Source: Tubiluchus corallicola (taxonomy: Eukaryota > Animalia > Priapulida). From it: DNA of 64,000 bases. The stretch lies in the NCBI GenBank assembly GCA_030141605.1, contig JAQGDQ010000018.1, positions 620,001-684,000 on the forward strand. The letters are read 5' to 3'. The translations under genes and the position numbers were made by a program. Positions 25,501 through 37,500 of the stretch are shown here, piece by piece (position 1 is the first letter of the stretch; each line of letters begins with the position of its first letter). The notes under the pieces are model-generated. The model had not been told where the DNA came from. It saw only the letters and a program-made list of their open reading frames with translations, and searched no databases.

Positions 25501-28500
25501 TTTTGATGCTAAAATGATTTGAATTCCTAATGAGAGCAATTTACTAGCTGACCTGCTAAAATTTTGCGGTTGCGCAAATGTGCGCTACAATTAAGTCAAT
25601 GTTCAAACAAAATGAAAAGTGCATTTAAAGCGAAGTAATTATTGTTTACAGTAGGAAAAGGGATGTATGCGTTGTTATCACGTTATCATTTTATCCATCT
25701 TTTCACAGCCTTCAGTTTTTCTTGTTATGGTCATCGTTTTCTCCCATGAATAGTACATGTATTAATTATTGACAATAGAATGTTATTGTAATGATTTGCA
25801 GCGCGTGATAGTTTTCAAGTGCAGCGAATCGAAACGCGTGTAATTCTTAGAAAGTTTTTGCGTTCATTGTTTTGGCAAGAATTTTATGCCTTATATAAAC
25901 TGCTTTAGCGGTTGATGTTCCATATTTTGCTGCTTTAATTATTAAAACATACACTGCTGAGAATTATTAAGAAAGGCATCTTATAATTAATTCATAAAGA
26001 CAGCGTTTTCTTTTGCACTGATCGTGCACTAGTTTGCATCACCAGGGTCAGATTAGTGCCTCTTGGAACCTGACCTACATTAGCAATGTTATAGGAATGG
26101 CGATAAATTTTAATTAGGTTGAACTTATTTGTTGATGCTGATTACTGGTTTCTTTGCAGAAAGAAAGAGATTTGGAATTGGCAGCTAAGATTGGCCAGAG
26201 TTTGTTGGAACGTAATAAAGAGCTGCATCTGAGAAATGAGCAGAGTGAGGAACAGCTTGTTTCGGCTCATGACAAGGTATGCATCTTACATGCTAAAATA
26301 ACCTATTTATGTGAATTAGGTGTATACACGCCACAAAACTAAATGTAAATATGACTTAATTATGTGGTGCCACTAATAACCTGCTATTGGAGTATGTAGA
26401 AAGCTCCAGCACCTCTTCATTAAACCACAGGCATTAAAACTGTTTGTGCATTTTTATGTATTCTGCACATTCTGAACCTTTCTTGCCATATTTGTCTACC
26501 TGACACGTGTGTGCTTTTTTTACATTATTTGTCTTAGGTTAATGGCACCCATTCTAATAAGCAGAATTCCAAAATTATTTTTCTTCTAAGTAATTAATCT
26601 ATGATCACTAATTGGTCAAAAATCCATGAATATCAGGAGTCTAGATTGTGGGAGGAAAACGCTGTTAAAGTGCTCTTTTTTACCAGCTCTTTTAAAAATA
26701 CTATTTGCTGTAAAATGGTAATGTGTCATTTTTCTGTTTAAAAAAAGCAAGCTATGTATAGATTTCTGGTCTAAACTTCAGGCTGCAAATTCTCCAACCT
26801 TGGATATCCAAATAGTATTTGGAGTATTTTTTCAACAATTATCTGCTAATAACTTTGCTAGCACTTGGAGGATTTTCATAAAAATCGAGTGGATACCCAA
26901 CAGTGTATGATCAATCATCATTAACTGAAAAAAGGGCCAAAGAAAGCCAGTTTACATTTGTCATGTTTTTCAACTAAACTATTTAAAAGTATTAGCCTCT
27001 TAATAACTTTGCGATTTCTTGCTGTATTTAGTTAAACTTGTATCGTTTAATAAAGGATAGAAATTAAGGCCCTCAGTGGAAGGGAATAGTTGCCCAGATG
27101 AGATCGCTATACGTAGAGACTACTGCAAAAAATATTATTTCTGCATTGACATGGATTGTAACTTTCACTGAAAATTATATTAAATCTCTGTATGGCCACA
27201 ATCGCATAATAAAGCATCATAACCGTGATGTATTTGAAGTTAGGTCCACATACAGGCATGCTCAATGCTTATTTTAACTGAAAATGTATTTTCTGCATTG
27301 ACAGGGAATGTAATTTTAACTTCAATAAGTATTCTATAAAATGATTGTGAAAAGATGGATGATTCTTCATACCCTGTTTTACATATGTAATACCCTGCTA
27401 TTGAATCATAAATCACTCAGCTGTCAATGGTGTTGATAGCTTACACTTCAACCGTGAACATATTACATTATACAGAACTTTGTTGTAGGCGAATCTTCAA
27501 AAAATTGTAAAAAATTCAAATCTGCGCCAATTGATCCAAAACTAAATAGTTTACAACTTTGGGCATACCCTAGTCGTATAACTACTTCCTAAATTATTCC
27601 GAAGTGATGACAGACAGACAGGACCTATAATTCTGCGATTGCTCACTTCATTGGGCAACTATAGCAAGTAAATGTAGCAGGAAGTTTAGTCCGTTGATTC
27701 TTGACCAGCAATTGATAATTGCTGAAAGCCATTAATAATTGATTAGAAACCTTTGACAGTAATTTTTTCATGACTGTCGGAGTATGAAACAATATTTACT
27801 GGTTTACTTCAAAGGGAGGACTTTGAAGTGCAAAATTATATATATCAAATTTTTAATTGATTGTAGACTTTTAATTAATTAGGAACATAATTAATAATTG
27901 AGAATAAATTTGACCACCCCTATATGTAGAAGAGAAAGATTAGTAAAACGGTGACAAGAAATCCATTTAATTCATGACCAGTAATCGTTCAAACAGAAAT
28001 ATGAAATTCTTATCAAACCAACATCAGGAATCGGTAAACGTTAAAAAGCGTTAAAATGCATAGGACAAAAACTCATCTTATTTAGTCCTACACTAGTTAT
28101 TTGTATTAAGCAAATTTTTAAGTGCGTAGAACATGTTTCTTTTATGAGCAAGTTGATAGGTTACTCCACCAAGAGTTACAGGGTTTAGTGCATTTTAGGG
28201 CCATTGTCGTTATTCTTTTAATCTGGCCGGTTCTTGTTTCAAAGCTGTATTTTGGAAAAACTGACTTTACAGGTGCGTAATTGGACTGTCACTTTCACGT
28301 ACACATCTTAGTAATAATTCGTACTGTATATAATTACCTCAATCATTTACCAGTTTTCATTTTTAATATCTTTGAGTTTCCTGCTTCTGTTGTTTAAAAC
28401 ATTTTACTGCTTTCTGTGTCTATAATAACATGAAAATTACTTCACGACCTATAGCCAGCAGCAAATACTTTTTTTGTGCAGTGTACATTGCGTTCATTTA

Positions 28501-31500
28501 AAAGACAGCAGAATGGATCTTTTTGACAAGGTTGTGTGACTTTTTGCACTTCCAGGCCATTGTGTTAAATTACCTGTATTTATTACTACTAATTAGAATA
28601 AAGTCTCTTATAATATAAGCTTATAATATAATATTAGGGGAAATAATTGACATATAGTGTATAATGCTATATATAACACTCAGGTTTTTACTTGTAAGAC
28701 AAGCTAAATATACTTACTTTCCCCAGACATTCAAAAGACTTAATGCAGTTGCAATATACTTCAGTTGGTCATAAAATTTTAATTTGCACGAGTTTTCAGA
28801 CACATATTAAGTAAATGAAAAAATATATATTTTTTGCTGTAAACTGAAGCTGACTAAGGAGACATTGTCAAAAAAGCTATAGTTATTTTCTTTATGCTAA
28901 TAACTAATTAATAACAGGAGTGTAAATAGTCAATATACTAACGTGTTAGTTATCAAATTTTATGATTCTCAATGGAAATCTTACTTCTTATCATTTCCCA
29001 TATTGTTATTTTTTGTAATTGTGCTTGCATACTTGTGTGTTTGAAGATGGTCTTACAATAGAAAAATAAGTTAAATGACCACCACCATTTGTCCAGTTTA
29101 TTATAAAAAGTGTGTAGTCTCATACAGTGTTGAGTTATTTTTTGCATTCGCATTTATTCAATTTAGAACCTTGCTTCAGAAAAATGGTTCCTTTTCCTTT
29201 AATCTCTTGAATCGGAGATTTAGTTGCTACATACGGTTTTTTGTTTCCTTTAATTTAGTTGGCACAACTTCGTCATGAGCTAACCATGAAGAACAGTCTT
29301 TTGAAAGTCTGTGTGCAAGATTTAGATTCTAGCGAGCCGAGCGAAGACGAAGACCTAATACCGTTGTATGTCACTGCAATTTTTTCGATTTAGATATTGT
29401 TTTCGTACAATGTATCAAAGTGGGCTGTGGATATTTATCCAATATGAAGATAATATATGTATAACAAATTCTAACTTTGTAATGTATGGGAACATTCCAA
29501 AGAACAATATGCAATCTGTGAGCAATAACAAACTACGGAGAGGTGCAACATGAAGGATGGAATACGAAATTTACCACGTGATGGAAAAATTTATGAGCAT
29601 GGCTGTCAGCCAGTAGCGAACAGCAAATGTTTGATAATGGACATCCGTAATGCTTTATTGCAAGCTATTTTTTGCCACTTATACTAAATTGTTGTACAAG
29701 GCTGGCAGGGTACTAGTGACTGAAAGGTTTTTATTTGATTTGTAAATGTACAGGTTTTGTTGTTGTAAAACAATTTTTAACTATTGTTTCCTGATTGTGT
29801 GGCAAATTTCTGACTGAATGTTCGAATCTGTTTAAATTTGATGTAACTTATGTTTATGCTGCCATATTACTAAATCTGTCCACTCTATTTCTGAAAGAGG
29901 AGAGACTTGTGTAAATTATCTCTCATCTTTATGTTTCCAAAGACTATTCAGTACATGCTTGTTTGTTGCAGCGAAGAGCGTTTGGAAACCAGCATTCAGC
30001 ATTTGGCATTTCTGCAGAAAAAGGTCTCTCAACTCGAAGAGGAAAACATTATTCTCAAGTCAGAGGTGGGATTCGTTACATAAGTGACTACTAGTTGAAA
30101 AACTGTTTGCTATTTAAAACAATTTGAAGCAGTAACATCATGAAATTTAATTATAAAATGGTGTGCATTGTTTTGCTTCTTCTATGACATATACAGAAAT
30201 GATATTTTTTCTACAGTGTAAATTCTCGTGTTAATGTTCCTGTATTTGAGATGGCTTACAATATTGTTCATTACATTGCTTTTGCTACATGCAGATGCAC
30301 ACTGTTAGTTGATTTTGAAACTTTGTTACAGGCAACCAACATCACAAATGAAACATCGTTCTTAGAAGAAAAGGAGAAATTGTTGGTTCAGAATTGTGCA
30401 AGAGAACTAGGTAATGCAAACATTTTGTTTATGGCTTGCATTCCATGATATGTCTATTACCAAATTTAATGCAGTAAACATTATAGGACACTAGATGTTT
30501 GAATCATCTTTCATATTTTCTGTATTGTGTTGCATACTTTCAGCTCAAACCTGTGAAGATGTGGAGAACCTGCAAGCTGAGTTAGTAAAGAAAGCTGATG
30601 ATAATTTAAAACAGAAAACGGAACTCACTCACCTTCTTGCACAAATGGCTGATTTGCAGAAGAAGTGCAAAGACGTATGTAGTTGTCAAAATGAAGTACA
30701 TTGAATTTAAAAACTGTGTTTGATAGTATAACTTATTTATTTATAATGATCTGCAAGAGTTCAATTTTATCTCCTCTCTTTTAAGACATTATACAGCTTG
30801 TCTTATTTTATCTCAAAAAGCAAAAATCTTATCTTGCATTTCCTGAACTGATTATTGATCATTATTCACTTCTTTCTGTTTAAGCATGGTTTCTTAACAT
30901 TGCTTGTCTTTTTGTTTTTTCAGTTATCGGCTGAAAAAGTTGAGCTGCATGAAAATCTGACTGCTTCTGAATGCCATCGGAAAAAGCTTTCAGAGCAGGT
31001 ATGTTGTTACTACCTCATTTTCAGCGGTAGAAGTTTATTACTCAACTTTTGTTTCGAACATATTCCATAGGTTTTAGTGTATTGAGTTAATGTAGTGTTT
31101 CAAAGTCCTTGGAAACAACTTTGGTGTCTTCCTTATTTATTTTATTTTATTTTATTTTATTGTATTGTATTTTGTATTACAATTTTAGGTATCGTACGTA
31201 CAAGAAAAATACGATGAATGTCTTCTGATGTTGCATGAACATCAAGATGAGAACAGAAGAATCAGGCATCAGACTTCTCAGAAGGCTCCAAGGACTCCTG
31301 TTGCTGTGGTGACACCTCTTCCGCCTCTTGAATCTTTGGCATCTGAACTGAAATCCTCTGTAATGCCTTTCTATCCCATTGGATATTCTCCTGAGGAAAG
31401 AAGGTAAAATTTTAGGCATTTATAACTGATTACAATTCAGTCTTATAATTCCTTAACTATTTTGTCACTAGTCATTTGACAAAAACTCCAAATTGACATC

Positions 31501-34500
31501 AAAATTTGTAAAACATAATTTATTCGCAGCTTAATTAGCAATAATTAAAATTTGTGAACAGATTGTAACCACTATTGAAAATAACACTATAGCAGCAGCA
31601 GGCATTTTCTGTGACTTATCAAAAGCTTTCAATACTATATACTACTGAATTCTTCACAAAATAATAATTCATTATGGAATCCAAGGCATAACTAATGCTT
31701 AGTTTGTCTGTTACTTAGCCAGTTGCACTCACCAAGTAAGATGTAATAATGGTTTGTCGGGTGTACAAACTTTGAAATGTGGCATTCCTCAAGGTTCCAT
31801 ATCAGGACCCCTGTTGTTCTCGCTTTACATGCTTGCTAAGTAACTTACTACACAACTTGAACCTATTTCAATTTGCTGATGCTGTAACTCTATTATTTAA
31901 TCTCTCTTCTTAATCTTCAGAACAGATAAATGAAATGCTACCTATAGTTACAGATTGGTTGAGATCCAACAAATTATTTCTTAACCCCGACAAAACAAAA
32001 TGCATGATTTTTCAAAACAAAAACAAAAAATTCTAAATGATATAAGTAAGTATATTGATGGATCTTTGATTGAGCATGTGAGTACTTTCAAATTTTTGCG
32101 AATTGTCCTTCAAGAAAACTTGGATTGGAAGCCTCATATAAATATGATAGGTCAAAAAATTGCAAAAAGCTTCGAATAATTTCATTTATCAATAATAAAC
32201 TATGTAAATTTTATTTATTATCTGTATATAATACATTAATTTTGCCTTCCTTAACTTACTGTTGTGTATTATGGGGCAGAACTTATCCTACAAACGTAGT
32301 TGTCTTAAATTGACATCAAAGAAAATTTATCCACATTATGAATGGTCTATCAAAATATACAACTGTAAATAAATTACTATTTTGAAATAGTAATATTTTA
32401 ATTTTAGAAGATTTAATTTCATTTAACCTCTCTACATGTATGTACAAAACACATTTCGGTTTATTTCCAACTATATTTATTAATCCAGTATTACGTTATC
32501 AAATGCAATATAACACACGTTTCAATGAGTATCTTATATCTCATCACAGAACGAATCTTGGTAGACATTTTTTTAAATTCATTTCTTAAACTTAAAGTTA
32601 ATACAAGATAAAGATAATATAATAAAGTGTACAGGTCCTACGGGTAAGGAATGTTGAATAATTACTGTACAGTCAAATTTTTATGTGTCAAAATGTTAAC
32701 AGAAAATAAATAACTGTGTGATATTCAAGAAGATTTTGCTATCGTCAATCTTAACTGGAGATGAACAAAGATAAGCACTCCTAATATTATGGTGTTTTTA
32801 GTATCACAAAACACCTTAAACCTAGAAAAGTGTACATAATCCAACCTAAAATATTCACTAGTAAATTATCCTGTTGTTTGTTTTATCCTGCGCTCAGCGA
32901 TTTGCTTACACATAGATTTAAATGCCGCTGGCACATGATGCATTTAAATCTACGATCTTATTAAAGTTACACGAATATGCTGGATACGTGCCAGTTTTTG
33001 GATATTCTTACTAATTTGTTGTATAAATACCTAATCTATGATTACTGTAGTAATCATAGCCTTTCTTAACCCATGTCCCTGTTATAGATGAGCACTGCGC
33101 TCAATCAGATTTATCCTATTTAAAAATTTTGCGTAATAATACTTTCCTATAAATAATAAAGACTCAACTTGTAGAACTAACCAGTAAACTGTTCATTGTT
33201 TTAAAGCAAACAAGTGACGTACAGCTTAGCAAATTTAAAAATTAATTAGGCAAAAGAAAGGCAATGAAAACACTTACCCTTGTCTACTAATTTCATTTGC
33301 CCCTCCTTTTTCAGAGATTGCTCTGTGACATTATTAAAAAATCTGGCAACGAACCCAAAAATTACATGAGTTCTTTCTCTATGGTAGTCAGTCCCAGGTC
33401 TGACAGTCTGGCATTGTTCTCTGTCTTCCGCGCAAATGATTTAACTCACTTTAATGTAGAGAAAGACCTCTCCACAGTTGCCGTAGATGACGGTATAGTC
33501 AAGATAAAAACAGCTAGTTTATATACCTGTGGAAATGTGTCATTCAATTCCAGGGTATACATAGCTTTATATCAATTAAAGACACTGTCATTTTGAAATG
33601 TGCCTAAACAATAGACAGCTTTACGTTCAGCCTGAGGTTGGCTTCTGTCAAAGTAATGGGGGTAAGAGCTTTGCAACAATTCTAGAGTGTCAGTAAGAAA
33701 ATTATTGCAATACTCCAGAAACCGCTGTGGGATCAACAGTTTTACAAACTGTAATTTGTCATTATCAGCAAATCTGATTGAAAGCTGTTCCTTTATATCA
33801 TCAGTTACTTCATGCATCAGGCATCTTGCGTTTGCTGTCGAATTTGCTTCTAGGCCTTCCATTCTTTTCTGAGCAGACTCACCTATTAAACCGAATTCTA
33901 GTTCAGCTTCAGACCAAAACTGTTCAAATGTAGCTCTCTTAGTAGCAAGTCTGTCTTTGCTTTTCTTGATATGCTGAATGCAATATCTAACGTCATAATA
34001 TTTGGTCTGAAGAACAGCAAATAATATTTCAGTTATTTCAAATTCGCTGTACAGATTAAGAAGAAACTCAAACTGGAAATCATTAAACAGTTGTAAAAAA
34101 CCACCAGCTGACTAGAAAATGTAACATCCTAGTCCTTACGGTTATTCAGAACTACTTTGAAAAGTTCAGTTAGCGCCCTTCTGCACTCTTGGACTGTTTG
34201 CACCATTCTTGACAAAATATTCCATGTAGGGCATATAGAAGGCATTGATGGTTTCTTGTCAAAAATCAGTTGCAGCTAACTTGAACATGGTCATTGTTTT
34301 CTTATTTTATGTTTTCTTTTGACTTCTTTCCTTCTGTTTTCTTTTTACTAACTGCAACATAGCTCTTCTTTATTCTTCTCTTCTCTCAGCATCATCATTC
34401 TTCATTATTTATTTCACATTTCATGGTAACTTAACAAGGTCCCTTTTATAGAGACCATACAGCAAACACTTTTGCATAGTATATTTAGGAGTCAGAAATT

Positions 34501-37500
34501 ATTTTATTTGTTTTTTCATTTGTACAAAAAAAGTTGCAAACGTATATTTGTATCATTGTACTTTGGTTGTTTGCTGGTGAAATAAACTGAATTTGAATTT
34601 GAAAATGAAACTTTTCAGATTTGTTGCATATTAAGTTTATGTTTACTAATGTTGTGGGTAAAGAAACTAACTAACCAGTTATCGAAACATTACTATATTG
34701 ACACTGTATTTGAAGTGTGTTTTGTTACAGCATTAATAAAATGTGAAATAATAATTTAAGCTATTGTACAAAATAGGGATCATACAAGAAAGGTGATGGA
34801 AACTTCCCGGGCAGTTCATAAGCCTTCACGAATGAGGTACCCATCAGGTGGGCGGAAGAAGTCATTTAGTCCTCTGTCGGCGCGAGAGACTAGTGGAGTG
34901 GGCGGGATGAGCTTTACTGAAACATGCGATTCTGTGATATCGGACAACATTAGCGTAACTAGTGAGCACACTGGCAGTGGTACTAGCAGGACAGCTAGCC
35001 CTTTTTGGTATTGTCATTATACATACTGCTACCGTAATGTTATGAGTGAACAAGCAACAAACTTATTTAATTAAATATAAGAGTGTTTTTTTTGTTACAA
35101 TGACATGTAACTTTAGTAAAATTTTAGTAAAAAAACTGCCCACCTTATTAGTGGCAGTCAAATTGCAGTATGACTATGACTTATATTAGATGATAATTTT
35201 GTCATATTTTCAGTTCCAGTCCCTACCTTGACAAGCCCAACATTCCTGGTTCGAATGATCTTGAAACAGAATTACGAGAGGCATTATCACAACCAGGAAT
35301 GGATGAAGGCAAGAAGAAATTGATGGACGAAACAGCAGATTCCATGTATCCCGATGACTTGGTGGAAGAGGGGTTACGCCCCGAACATTGTGGAACACCT
35401 GAAAGTTACATGTCATTGTGGAGCCATGACCAACTTCTGTATGGACCATATGGAGATCGTGGACATTTACCACGAAAGTTGCAAATCATCAAACCGATGG
35501 AAGGTGAATTTATTTTCCTAAGTAGAGTATATAGTAACGACTGATACTTATTTGTTAATATTGACTAGCTTTCAATTACTACAAAAACCACAATTTTGCT
35601 TTCTGTTTAGGTTCCTCAACTTTACACCAATGGTCAAGATTAGCTACTCCTCATCTTGGAGGTATCTTGGAAGAGCGACCAGGAGTTGCTGTTAAAGGAG
35701 AGAAGAAAATAGATTTCGATGATGTCTTTTATCGACTGTGTGACTTTGAAGAAGATGGTAAACTTAAAGATTTTGACTGTAAATTTCTCAAAAAGTAGGT
35801 CCTGCTTGTACATGCGGAATGACTTGTAGATGTAGGAACAAAAAATTTGTATTTGATTTTAGTAATCGCAGTTGCACACTTTTTTGTATTGCAGATGATC
35901 CAAGTTTACAAGTGGGGAAGCAGTTTATGTACACTCATGGTACTTATACTTATACTACGTCCAGTGTGCAATACCCTGGAGAAGTGGCAAAGGTCACTTC
36001 CAGGTGAGTTACACAATCTTTTCAAGCAATTCATTATTAGTTAGCTAATGTTCATTTATAAAATTGTTTAAATATATTGTAGATGATCTTGTTGTGTGCT
36101 CTACTATTAAGTATAGAAACTGGCTATTATTATTATTATTATAAGTGAACTGCATTTTTTATACCTTATGTTTATGTAACCTAAGTTAAATTTGTTACTT
36201 AGTATACCAACAATGACTGCATCTCCTACTTAAGTGGAAGTAGAAAAAGTATTGCAAAAATCAGTTTTGAATTGACCATTGGTAAAGCTGTTTAGCATTT
36301 GTCCATTCTCACTCAGCAAACCATTTTAAATTAATTAATAGTAGGAAAGTTTTATATGTGACGTGATTATATTTTTAACCTATTTCATTTTTTATTTTAA
36401 TAAATATGCCTTTAATGTTGAACAACTAAACTTTGCTGCTTTTTTGAAAGTGGATCAAAGTTCTCACGTACTTAAAGTGGATGTTTGTACCATATCGGTT
36501 TCTACCATTTTCCAGTTTAGTTGATTATGGCTACTTTTTATTACTCATATTTTCCAATTGTTCTCTATATTTTTGGAGGGTTCTTGGAGGAAATATAAGC
36601 AGCAACATTCTTGGTTAAATATAAATTTGATACTGAATTGAAATTGAGTATGTATTAAAATTGTATGTCATGTTACTCTGAGCAACAAGATACTAATTAG
36701 TAATTCTGCGTAGGACATGCAGTTATTATTCAACACTATTATTGGTCTCTGTCTTCAAGACTTGTGTTTGTCTATGTAGTGTATATAGTAAATTCTAATT
36801 TTCCTTTTCATTCCAAAATTTTTTATAGCACTTAGAATATTTTCTTAAAACTACCATTTGCTGCTTACATTTAATTTACTGCTGGTTCTTTATTTATTTT
36901 TGGCTATGTAGAATATTATTTCCTTGCTATCTTTTATTTGCTTTTGCTATAGTGGTGTGATGACTAGAGCAGATCTGACTTATCTGCCCAATTTTTCATC
37001 TCGATTGCCTCACTTAAAAAGGTATTGGGTTAACTTTTACAACCACTACTAATATTTTGCACGTTTTCTAAAAATGATGGTCCTCTGAGACTTAACAAAT
37101 TTTATAAGTTTTTTGGCCGATATTGTTTTCTTACATTTTGACAAAGATATTAAAATGCTATTAAACAATTTTAAATATGCCATTAAATGAACAAACTTGG
37201 TTGTTTTTTTAGTAATTTGTAAATTTAAAATTCTCCATGAGCTAAATTCAGCACTGCATGCAAATCAGTTTTCGTTTTTCTGTTTATTGCACATGCAAAG
37301 TTATTGAATTTATTCTGCATTCAGCTATTGCACAGCATTGTCAATGTTTTTTGTTTATTTTTGCAGCTCTGGTGCTGATAGCTTGCTATCCACTCCCGTA
37401 AAGAGACCTGTGCCAAGGTAGTGCGCGTTTCATTTCAACCTGTTTGTCGTGTGTTTTGTACTACAGTGTATTATTATGCACAGGATTTGTGAATTGCTAA

